From Candidatus Omnitrophota bacterium (GTDB lineage: Bacteria > Omnitrophota > Gorgyraeia > Duberdicusellales > 4484-171), in contig JAIPGM010000001.1 in the NCBI GenBank assembly GCA_021735655.1, forward strand, positions 128,001-192,000: 64,000 nucleotides of DNA, in the 5' to 3' direction. Both the position numbers and the translations under genes were made by a program. The number at the start of each line of letters is the position of its first letter. Positions within the stretch are counted from its first letter, which is position 1. This document shows positions 1 through 12,500 of the stretch, in pieces. The notes under the pieces are model-generated. The model searched no databases. It had not been told where the DNA came from and worked only from the letters and a program-made list of their open reading frames with translations.

Positions 1-2
1 TG

Positions 3-515
3 CTTGAGGTGGGAACCGGTTCAGGCTGGCAAACCGCCATATTAGCTACTTTAAGCTATGGCGGTAGTGTTTATTCAATCGAACAAGACCTCGAAGTAGC
101 TAGGGTTGCTCAAAGTAATATTTCGGCGGCGAGGATTAGCAATATTTTCCTTATTCAAGCTGATGCAATGCAACCAATAGATGTATTAGCCGGTAAAAAA
201 TTTGAACGAATCATTGTTTCCGGGGCATTACCACAAGGAATACCGGTCATATTGTTAGATTATCTCGACTTGTCAGGAATAATGATTGCTCCGATAAATC
301 ACGGTAACTCTAGTGATAGTTTATGGAGGATTACCAAGGGGTATGACGGAACCATGGCTGCATCTAGAGTAGATAAAAATATGAGATTCCAGCGGATCAA
401 TGTTGCAAGTAGTACCTCAGTAATTCCAGTTAATCAGGCTAAGAAATTACAAGATTTATCTATTGAGCAAGCTACAGAGCTTGGTGTTCTGTTGGCTGAT
501 AGGAAAGCTCGAGCT
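3..515 (+). CDS. pcm: Module 0 (5' truncated): C-terminal part of protein-L-isoaspartate O-methyltransferase.
   Basis: LEVGTGSGWQTAILA is a SAM-binding motif I identical in style to the PCMT VLEIGTGSGYQAA. The spacing of the downstream motifs fits the PCMT fold. Confidence 0.55.
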
Positions 516-3500
516 CCGCTTGATAATGGAAAATCTTTATCGAGACGTAGCTTTGGTTTTATGGTGACCGCTTTGGGAGTGGGGTCATTTTTGACTGTTT
601 GTTCTAAGTCCTCTGATTTGAAACCGGAAGGCAATCTCATTGGGACTGGACTCACAGTAGGATTAACTTTCGCTCCTGGATTAGGAAGAAATATTGGGGC
701 ATATGAGGAGACAGTATGGACTGATCAGGATGTTGAATTTTTATGCCAAGAAGCGAAATTGATCAGAAAATTATGGAATGTTCCTTTTGTTTTATTCTCT
801 GTTTATACTCCTCCGATTGCCGGTAGCAATTACGCTCAAAGTTATCGATGGATTAAGCAGATGCATGAAGCTGGAGTTCGTCTTTTGCCACATATCTCAA
901 ACTATGATGGTCGCTATCTTCCTTCACCAATCGATATTAATGCTTGGGGTATTTCTGGTAGGGAAAAGAACCTATACAAAGATTTTATTAGGGGTTTGTA
1001 TCATGAGTTTAGCTTACGCAATGAAGAGGGTATTTTTTCTGAAACTATTGTTGGTTGGAATGTTTTTAACGAATATGATTATTTAGCTGTAAATAATCCT
1101 AAATGGTTTGCCAGAACGGGCGAGATTGAGGGATTATTGCAGGGTCTGGATGAAGCTGGGATAGTTGATAATCAAGAAAGAACAAGGGTAATACACGGGC
1201 ATGTTATCGATAATATCCTTTTAGCTACAGAGGAAACAACTCGAGGCATTATTGGAGTCTATCAAGACCTAGGTCTTGATCCTAAGCCGATATATACAGT
1301 TTGGGCTGGATTGCCGACAACTGAACAGGTTGCTAAAGTTCCTTCTTTGACTGGTTGGTCATTTAATCGTTATGATAAACCAGGCCTGTTAGAATCTTTA
1401 GAAAATGCTGCTCAGATAGTTGGTGGTAAAGAAATAAATATCCATGAGATCGGGGAGAGTTCTCATGATGGAGAGGATGTTCAAGCGATAGAGCTGGCTA
1501 GAACATTAAATGAGATAGTTGGGGCAAGAGCAAAATTTCCGAATTTGCGTCACTTTATGTTTATGAGCGCTAACGATAATCACTGGAAACCGGAGCTAGA
1601 AAGCACAACAGCAGGATACCGAAGATTTGATAGACAAGGAACTCCTTTCTATGGTCAACATTGGGGATTGTTTGCGACAATATTTGATGATGATGGCAAT
1701 GCCATAGCAGTTAGGCCGAAGAAAGCTGTCGGTGCTTTAAGTGTAGAAATTAGTAAGCTGGCTAATGCAAATAAAGCTGGTCAGCCACTTGATAATGGCC
1801 GGGATAGCTCAGCATTAGGCTCAATTACTACTCGGATTAATGTTTCAGCCAATAACCATTCAGTACAATTACAGGGACATCAACATTTAGTGGTCATTGC
1901 TCCTTTCGAAGATTTAAATCAACAGGACAGAGCTACTTTAGATGAACTTCTTGAAACCAAACTACCAATTGGTGACTATGTATTTATCGGCGAAGGAACT
2001 TTTGGTCTGTTAATGGTTGCTAAGATGGCCCTGTTAAAAAATAGCGATATCCGCGATAGTCAGCTAGCCGAACATTTAGGAAATGTCATTGAACTGGCTA
2101 GCTTGATGAATCAAGGGCTTAGCTCAACCGGCTTAAACTTAGGTGAGCCTATAGCCGAGCATCTTAATCGAGTGGTTGAATATTTTCCTTTAACTAATAA
2201 TCAGCGGCTAATAGCCCTTATTCGTAATTTAGTGATAATGCATTATGGGGAACCAGTAATGTTTTTTACTCAGTTTGCTCAAGATCCCGGTCGCTTCCGA
2301 GGAGTTTATCTATCAACCCTTGCAACCAGTCCGGAGATCATCAACCAGATGGAAATACAATATCAGAGGCAAGTACCGCTTAATAACGGAAAAGATACCG
2401 CAAAATATGTTTCAACTAAAGCAGTAATCGTACTTGGTGTATCTGGTTCAGGAAAAACTACCTTTATTGATAATTTGCTTGATGATCGGCACGACCGTTT
2501 TATTTTCCCGCGACTTACTACTACCCGAAAACCACGCAGTGGAGAAACTGCTGATCGTTATCGAGTTTTTGTTAGCCAAGAATTATTTGATTCAAAAGAT
2601 CGGGCCGATCAAATGTTAATGGTAAGAAGGGGCCGTCATGGCGGCTATGCTTATGGGTTAGATAGAGGTAATTTGGATAGGTGCTGCGCCACCGGTAAAG
2701 CATTACTTTTTGATACAACTTCAATCGCTGGGGTAGAGCGAATAAGAGAAATTTTTCCTCAGGCTGAGGTAATCACGGTTATACCTAAATCATTCGATAG
2801 GCTCAAAATTTTAAGCGATGAGCAAATTAAACGTATTCTTGAGTCGCGAATGAAGACAAGACGCATGAGTAGGGTTGATACTGAAAAACGCCTTCAGGAG
2901 GCTGTAAATGAGCTTAAAAGATTTCCTGAGCTTAAACCAGAAGTGGTTGTTGTGAATGATTCAATTGATGACTTAGATGAAAATATGACTAGATTTAATC
3001 AGGCAGCCGTGGAGTTAGTTTCTAAAAATCAGCCGTTAGATAACGGAGTCGATGAAGCGCATTGGCGACACAATCTTGACTTAAAAGGTTTTACTGAATT
3101 TTCTGATGAATATATTGATTTTCTTAAGAGAGTTGATGATCGAGAGGCTAATGATGCCTTTTGGCAACCGATCGAAAGATTTAATCAAAGATTAAAAAGC
3201 AATAAAGCTTTAGCTAGAAAACTTTTAGATTTATCGCAGATAATGCTTGATCAGGAAGTTTCAGCTGCTGAGGCTTTAATTGAGGCCTTAGCGCAAGTTG
3301 ATAATCGTAATGATTCAGAAGTTGCCTTTGAACAGGTAATTGAACTAGCGGCAGTTTTCTTAAGAAGAAATTTTGACCCGAGGGCTTCGCTCATGCATGG
3401 AGTAGTGGCTATAGCCAGTGCGGCTAAATCAGCAACTGATTTAGAAAGTTGTTTGGCTCTTGCCTTGAACATAGCCGAAGATGCTTCTTGGGATTATCCA

Positions 3501-6500
3501 CAAATAAATTTTGCAATCCAGTTTGATATTCCTTTGATTGCTTTAGAAACTAATGATCCAGAGGTTTTAGCTACTCAGTTAGAGTTTTTAGTCAGCCGTC
3601 AAGGATATTCGCAAGCTCGAGCTTATGCCCGGACCCATTGGATGTATAATTTTAGAAGAAAAAATAGTTTTCGCACTACTGATTGTTACGAAGTTGGCCC
3701 AGATGGTCCAAATTGGAAAAAAGGTTATGTTCGCAGAGGATTAGTAGAATTAATTGCTTATAAAAGATTTATTAAAGCTATAGCTAGAGCACAAGAACAA
3801 GGATTAGGCATTGAATCTCGTATAGCTACTAAAGAAAAACAAGTTTATCGTGGTCTGGTTAGGGCTGAAACTCACAGTGATTCAGGCACCTATTATACTT
3901 GGGAGCAAGATTTAATAGTAGCCGTTTGCCCAGTATTTTTAAAAGAGACAGTAGTTTCTAAAACTGATCTGACCGGTCAATTTTTCCCCGGCTTATTAAG
4001 AGTCGAAAATGATCAAGATATTAGCTTATTAGATTGGCATGTTCAGCGTGTTGTTGGTCAATTCCAAAGTTGGGTTACACATAGGCATAGAAATTTTGAT
4101 CAATGGCCACGTTGTCGACGCGATAATTTATTGCTTGAAGCTTACTTACAGCACCAGATTTATGATACCTATAAAAAATTTGCCAGTATTTGGGCTCGGG
4201 CTTATCAAGAAGCATTCATTCCGCAAAAATATCCTAAGGGGAGTCAAAATGATAATCCAGTATATTTAGCTGCAGTTGAAGCAATTGCTTGGTTAGATCA
4301 GGTTGGTGGAGTTGCCAACGAGCAACGTTTGGCCAAGCTGGATGAGCTAGACGATAAACATCAATTAGGGAGATATCGAATATTACTCCAGAAAGCTTTG
4401 CTTGAACCTCAGACTACAGGAGTCTCGCAAGTAACTCAAAAAGTTATCGGAGAGGAAGGTATTTCTGGCAAACCTTTAGATAACGGGAGAGTAAATAAAG
4501 AAGAATTAGCGGTTACAGCAGTTAAAAGAGGGAACACCTCACCGTGGCTGGCGGGTCCCCTCTCTGCTGTAGCCCCTATATATATAGGTAAACAATCGCT
4601 ACCTTTGGATAATGGTAAGTCAATTCAAGAACAATTCATTGAAGATGTAATTGTTTTTTGGAAAGTTTGGGATAAACAATATCCTAGAGATATTGAATCT
4701 AGCATTTGCGTACTCGAAGGCGTAAAAGCTTTGAAAGCCAAAGGTTATATAGTCTATTCTGGCTCAGAGCATCAATTGAATATGGCAATTGCTGGTTTAT
4801 GGAGAAATGTTTCTGAAGATGATAAGTTTGCAATAAAAGAAGCTGTACGTTTATTGGCTGAAAATGTTAGACAACATGCTGACGATAGCGGAAGATTGAT
4901 AGCCTTTTTTGATCGTGAAGATGATGTGCTTTATTTAGCTATGGTTGATGTTGGTCCGGGATTTTTCCGTGATGATGAAGGAAGACCGGTTATTCGGAGA
5001 AAAGATGATCGGTTTGAACAACGTCCGGATTCTACCGGCAGAGGGGTTGGTTTAAAGTGGGTTTCAGATCAGGTAGATGATTTACAAATCCATACGGGTG
5101 GGCATGTTAGCCGACAGCCTAAACCAACAATTGAGTCCGATTCAAGGATAGAAGATCTTAAAGGAACTTTTGTTTTTACGAAAATAAATTTAGCCAGTCA
5201 AGCCAGGGAGCCTTTAGATAATGGTTATGGAGTTTATCAAGGCAGGAGACTATATCTAGCTGCTGATCCGGTTCTAAGTGGAGTTAAAAGTATTCGGCGC
5301 GTGAATTTATCAGGTCTAACCACCAAGAGACAAAAACACACTTTATTCACTAGACGAAAAATTCTCGATTTAGTGAGTGTCCATGCTTTAGCGGCGGCCC
5401 ATGGTTATTCTTGGTTAAATGATATAAATAATAGTTATGCTAAAAACCAAGCTGATGGTGAGGTTACTTATTGGTTTGAGGTTTATTATGCTATGCTTTC
5501 CTGGTTAAAGGGAGAAATTTATAATGCTGAAGGAACTCGCGATGAGGCACCTAGTCTTTATGTCGGCCAACACGTTGGGGCTGGATTTCAAAGTGATTTT
5601 CCAGAAAGAGAAGAAGCGAATGTAGCTATCGGAATTGATCCTTTAGAGGTAACTAACGGAGTAGTTTCAGCAAAATTTCTTGGTAGTACTGCTCCGGCAG
5701 TATACGCACCACGTGGTGGGATTATGAAAATAACCGATTTAGCTTATCTTTGGGCTTTATCGGTTGGTCCGGCCGCCGGAAATTGCGATTTAAATTTAAA
5801 CTACAGCGTTAGAAAAAATATGACTAATCTAGCAGCTAGTTTAGGTAAGAAAACAAGTCAGCTCAGAGGGGTAATGTTATTCAGAGAAAGGCATTCACGG
5901 GTTCCTTTGTTGCAATTGGTTGAAAGCGGAATGCAGATAGATGAAGGTGATTCAGAACTTAGAGAATTCTTAAATGAGGCCAAACGAATCGAGGATAAAG
6001 AAAAACAATGTCAGAAGCCAAGCCTGCAAGATTTTGATAGTTTGAAGCAGACTTACAAAGCTTTTGATAGCAAGGTTAAGGCAACTGGGGTTTATCAAAG
6101 CGGGAACCTTACCTTTATTGCTGACGGGAACCTTATGCCAGCTTTAGTGGCTTTAAAGAGAGGCTCGGCAGATTTTATTTTTGACTCAGGGGGAACTTCC
6201 GAAGGAATTATGGCTGCGGCTAATGTAAGGGCAATTGGTGGAAAAATGAGCGCCCGGATTGTGCCTTATCAGGCAATGGCTGAAGGAAAGCTTCAGGCAA
6301 ACTTAGTTAAAGATAAAGATAAATTTTTAGAAAATGAACTAGCTGAGCTAGCGAGATATGGTTTTTATCCTAAAACTTCAAGAAGAAAATTGCAGCGAGG
6401 GCAATATCGTCTTAATCATGTTTTTGATGCTACAGATTTAGTCAGTGCTGAAGAAGCAGTTTTCTTGGCAGCTCACATTAAAGATAGTCCTTGGGACAGC

Positions 6501-9500
6501 AGATTGAAGGGAGTAAGATTCGACCGTTCGAGTGGTTATTTAGTCGTTGATGTTGTGGTTAGTACGACTGCGGGTGAAGTTTCAGTTTATCGGGTAACTA
6601 TGAATACAAAAGTTTCAGACGTAGAATCAAAATACGATGCGTTATATAAAGTGCGAGGATTGTCATTTAGTAGAATTTTAGACATATTTGATGGTCGTAG
6701 TCAAGCTCAGCAATTAGCTACTGATTACTATGATTTAGCTAAGGCTCTTGGAATGTTGGGTTTGTTTGAAGATGCTATTGATACATTTAGGTTTTCCGAA
6801 AATTTAAGAAGCAGTACTTATTCTTTTAGATGTCGCGCTGCTCAATCTCATTTCTTGGGGATGAAAATGATTCTAGAAGGTCAAGCAGGCCAAAACGCTA
6901 ACGAAATTGCTGCTAAACATTTTGAAGATTCCTTAGAGAGGAGTCGAAAGAGCCGAGACCCACAGCTAAGAACTAGAGAAAGGCTTATTGACCTTTATAA
7001 ATTTCTTGGTGAAACTGCAGTGAAGAAGGATGAACATCAGGATGCTGAACGTTGGTTTACTTTAGCTTTAAGAAGAGACCCAACCAACAAAGAATTGCTA
7101 GATAAGCTTAATCAAATACAAGTTTTAACTAACCAGCCGCTTGATAACGGCAAAGCCTCCCTAGAAGACCAAGCAGCTAGACAGCCTCTTGATAATGGCA
7201 AGCCTACGATTTTTTCAATTTCACCACAACTTCAGGGCACTCCTTTAGGTGAACGGTTGACGCAGCTTAATACTCTTTATCAGGAAAAAGGTACTAACGA
7301 ACAAGGCGCTAGGGCTGTAGTTGAGGCAGTTTTAGTTGAGCCGGAAATAAAACTTGAAGTCTCCCAAAGAATAAGACAGGCTGATCGCTTGGAAGAGACT
7401 CAAGGTTTTTCAGTATCAAAAACTTGGGCTGATCGTCTAAAGGATGAAGTTTTGAGCCGTTCAGTTGAAAAGTTAGTTGACCGGGAGATTTTCATATTTC
7501 AGATGGAGTATGAGTTGTCGGTGGGATTCTTGCAGGCTTTTTATGATTATCAGATTAGTTTAATGCGACAATATCGTAAGGCTGAGCTTGAAGCTGCTGA
7601 TAGCTTGGATCAGCAAACCGCTCTCGAAGCTGAAATAAGAAGAGATGCTACTCACAATACTTCCCAATTTGCTAAATTGCTTATGGCTGGTGGACTAGGA
7701 AGCTTTAAGCCGGATTTAGTCCGCGGCTGGTATCGAATTATTAAAGAATACCGTAGTTTAGCGGCTGCCCGAAATCAAATTCATGTTATGGGCATATTGT
7801 ACTCAAGTGCAATCAAGGGACAGCAGGAAAATCGAGGCTTGATGCAACTTAAGGGTCCAGCTCAGATAGCTGATAGTGATATTATCGAAACAGTTATCAT
7901 CAATCGAGCCAACCCTCAAAATGGTATGCTTGAATTAGTCGATACTTTTGAAGGGCCTGTTCCTGAATTTGGTATTGGTCAGTTAACCATTGAGTTATAT
8001 CGTAACCCACATTCTGAATTACAGGAATATTGGCTATATTGTCCGTCTCAGGTGGTTCAGGATAAATACGACGGGACTAGTGAAGTTGTTGAATGGTTGG
8101 AAAACGGAAGAGTCGTAGTTAGGCAAGCTCAAGTTTTCAATGAAGCTTATCCGGGAGAAACCTCTGATTATTGGCGGGCAGTTCAATCTTTAGTTTATCG
8201 CCGAGTTTGTTTAGAATTCATTCGTCGCGGTCAAGAGAATCGAAGGAATCATGAAAAGAAGCGAAAACCGCGCTGGGGAACTTATTTTGTCGGTAAAAAA
8301 TTACTTTTTTCAACTAGCGAAGTTAACACTACTTTAGTCATTCCTCAAGTTATCGAAGCTCAATACGGCCAGGTAGAAGATAGTCGGGGAAAGAGGGCAA
8401 AAAGAGTTATTCGCGGTGATAATTTTGCCAGATATTCTGGTTTTCGCGACGTAGTGGTTCATCATTATAACCATACGATTGTTCCAGCCGGCATGCCTTA
8501 CTATCCGCAGGATGCTGAAAATGACTTTTTTACTGAATTAAGCATTGCTGAACGATTCCGTCCGGCTATCCATGACGGAAAAATTGATTTAGTAAAAATA
8601 ACTGGTCAGGTCAGCGATGTTATCACTGGCTGCTCAACCATGCATACCCGGATTTTACGTGAGGAAATATTTGCTGAGTTTGCCGAAAAGGTAGTTGAGG
8701 ATCCTTTATTTGGTAATAGTGAAGGTTCAGATCTTGAGCGTTGGCAGGGAAGAAGAATCCAGACCACGGTTGCCCATTATCGAGATCAATTAGGGGTAAC
8801 CGGAAGCCATCAAGAGTTTTTCGCGGCTTTAGGCAAAGTTTCCGACGGACAACCAAGGGTCAAGCGAGACTTCATTGCAAGTATTTTACGTGCTAAACAT
8901 AAACAAAAAGAATTATTTGTCCGAAAGCTATTTGATGGTACTTTTGGCGATCTGGGAGTAACGGAAGCGGAGTTTAAAGCTGCCGGAAAATCTATCTTAG
9001 ATATGCCATTTTTTACTTTTGTCCGCCGTTTTGTTGATTATAAATGCCCCAATCTTATCATTGATATGCTGTTTAATAAAGAATATCGCGATAGAATTGT
9101 TGCCGCTAACGCCGTAATTTTAATCGGTGGTCGCCGCTTTAGTTGGTTTTTTGAAAAACAGCGTGAACGGTTACGTCAATTAATAAGACAGGATCCGAGA
9201 ATGAGATTTCATGTTTTATTTATTGAGGAACATAATATACATACCTCTCCGATAATGCAGCAGGGCACTGATTTTGGCGGAATGCTTTCCTGGGAAGGAA
9301 AAGAAGCCGGCCCAACTAGTTTTGGTAATGCTCAACAAAATGCTTCGCCGACTATTGGAACCTTAGATGGGGTTATCCCAGAACGTTTGAGGCCGATTGT
9401 GCGTGGCCAACAGGGAGAAATCATTAGTGGAACCGGATATGTTGTTGAATACTCACAGGAGCGTAAAGGTGGAGTAAGAATTCCGGATATTAATTCGTTA

Positions 9501-12500
9501 GTGCTTCAAATTGAACAAGCCAGCAGAGACTACGCCGATAAATTAGTTTATGGTCAAATTGCCGTAAATGCTTTAGCTATGGGCATGACCCAAGGCGATA
9601 TTGACAATCAGGCCAAGGGCTTAATTGCAGTTTGGGGGAACTTATTAGAGCAAGCAAGGCCAGCGGCTGTACCTTTAGATAATGGAAAAGTATCTAAGGC
9701 ATCCATAGGTAATAGAAATTTTGGCCAAAAATTATTTAATTTTTTAAAATGGTTTATTGCTCCAAAAAGTCCTAAAATGCTTCAGTTTCTTACTGAGGCA
9801 ATTGTAAATACTACTGGTTTGTCAGCCGATATTACTCAAAAGTTAGAAGAAATAAGAAGGCAGATCGAACAAGCTGAAGATAAGAAAGAGCCTTTAGACA
9901 ATGGTCGGGATAAATTAAGCCCTAGAATATCAAAATTGCTTGCACAAGGAACTGAAGATCCTCAAGTGCAATATCAATTACTAGAGATTATTCGCGCCCA
10001 ACAGCAACCAGTAGTCGGGATGATGGATAATTACCATTTAAATGGTCAAAGGGTTCGCTTTGCGCCTGAGGAAAGTTTAGCTGTAGTCGCAGAATTTGAT
10101 CGTGGTAGTTTTAGAAGAGCATTCAGTCCAAAATTAAGGACGATGATTATTGAAACTCATCCCGATGATTTAATCATTCATGCCGGTGCTACGGCAAATA
10201 TGTTTGTTAGTGAAACTAGGGGAATGATAACTGAGCTTATTCCGCAATATCCGGGATACCGCAATAATATGCCAATTTTTGTTACAGCAGTTCCTGATCC
10301 AGCCGGAGTAACTGATAATTTTGCTTTTAATTTTTTCCAAGGCAAATTAACTTCTTTGGAGGCGGCAAAAAGAGAAGTCCGGGCCCAGGAAGCGATCTTA
10401 AATGCTGGTTTTATTGGTTGGAATCAGACTGGCAATGCCAGTGAAAGGCACATTAATCTTGATTTAAGATTAAGCTTGATTAAAGCAGTCAGAAGGCCGG
10501 ATGGAAGCCTTGATTCTTATCGTAGTGTTTTTCAGAGATTAACTAAAAGTGAACTTGAAAAAATTGACGCTGTTGTAAGGGAGAATGCGGCTGATCAATA
10601 TTTTATGGTCCATCCGTTTAGCAATCATCCACACCATCGGGTTGTAACTCATGCCTTTTTAGAAGCGATTTACACTCACAATCCGCAAGCAACTATATAT
10701 TTTTGGGCTAATCAAGAAGAACACCAACAGTTAATGACCCAGGCTAATGTATTTTTTGTTTTTAGTGAGGGCATGGAGAATTGGAAAGGGTTAATTATTT
10801 TTAACGGAAACCATTCGCAAAATGAACGCCGAGGCGGAAATGGTGAATATTATTGTGATGCTGCTCGGAGTATGGATTTAGCTACCTGGGAAAATTTACA
10901 AGAAAGACTTGCTCGAGAGGAAACTAGTTCGGTAAATTTAAATAGTTTACCGCTTTGGCGACCGCATGCAGAAAGATTTGTAAAGGTAAGGATTGAGCCA
11001 GTCGGTCAAGATGTCCTGAGCACTCCTTTGGATAATGGGAAATCAACTAAGCAGCCAGAGAAAGAGGTAGTTTCTGATTCCCAAAACGATTTTTCTTTAG
11101 AGCAACTGAAAGCGCTTACGGTTGGTAGCCCTAATCTTTCTTTCGGGGTAGGTATTTTAGCTCGTCATCAAGAGGTGGATTTAATTATTCAGGCTTTTGG
11201 TAAGAGAATAATCAAGCGCGGTGCTTTTTACCAGACAAGACCTTGGGAGGAAACCTTAAAAACCGATTTAGCTTCACCTAACGCAGCTAAAGTAGATTTA
11301 GCCATTAAAACATTAGCCAGTTTAGGCGGAGATTACGCGGCCAGAGCTAGGCGCTTTGAACAAGATATAACCGTAATTGAAGTCGACCTGCCAACCCATT
11401 TTCTTTTATACGGCCAGGATTTAACCGGCGAGATTTATTATCAGCTTACTCATATTGGTCTTGAGCGAAGAATAATTTATCTTCCAAGTAAATATCTAGA
11501 GGATGCAAGTGGACCAGAGTTTGTAGCTACTATTTTTAACCACGATCAAAGCGAGCTTGAGGAGTTCATTCCTTTTTTATTAAGTGGCCGAAATATCACC
11601 GATCAAATGGTTGAGCAGGCTCATCAACGGGCCATGCAAGACGATCCTTTTGGTGTTTACCCCCAGGTCGATGACTTGCTTTCTGATATGCAGGCTTATG
11701 ATGATATGTTTACCCAATCGATGGTTGTAGCTCAAATTGCTGCCGTAGATTCAGCTGTTACTACAAAGAATCGTCAGCTATTAGATGCTTTAGCCTCCCG
11801 CACGCCAAGTGGGCCAGAAGCCTTAAAGGCTAAAGGCCTTTTATTTGAACTAGCCAACCTTGAAACTAAAATTGGTTGTTTGTATGAGGCATTAGGCCAA
11901 AGAAAAAGTGCAATCAGTCATTATCGTAGCGGCGTAGCCGCATTGTCCAGAGTCTCAAAAACAACTATAATTGATACTGGTTTGTTGCCGCTTCAATTAC
12001 AGGTAAGAATGCTTTACCTCTATGCTCGCGAAGGCATGTTTGGCCGTCTTCGAAGTGGTTTTCGTAAATTTTCCCAAGTTAAAATTGGTCGCCAAGCTGA
12101 GGCTTCTGAGGTTGAGCTTTTTGAATGGTATATGGATAGCAATTTTGTGCCGGTAAGAAGAGCTGTGGTTGGAATCCTGCGGCATCACATTACTTGTGGG
12201 CATAACAACTACCCTAAAGATCAGGTAATGACTACTGTTAGATATATTGAACAGTGTCAATATATTCCTTCGGATATAACCCCACGTCTTAAACCAGCTT
12301 ATCTTCAAATTAGAAACACTCCAAGCTTAGCTAATGTTTTTTCAGCCGCCGAATATTTTAGGAGACATAAAGTTCCCGGCTGGGATAAGGTTTTAGCTAA
12401 AACCTTAGGCGGTAATGGCCAGATGGAGGAAGAATATTTGGGTGAATTTGTTGAAGCTAAAGCAGCTGAAGATCAAGTTTGTTATTCGCGGGTAATCGAG

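Noticed and set aside
4497-4600. Possibility that the conserved element is a tRNA, tmRNA or known small ribozyme (hammerhead, twister, HDV).
   Set aside because: There is no cloverleaf and no CCA or T-loop GTTC consensus. There are no hammerhead CUGAUGA/GAAA or twister-like conserved cores. The structure is a single long imperfect hairpin, so I classify it as palindromic repeat or unknown structured RNA.
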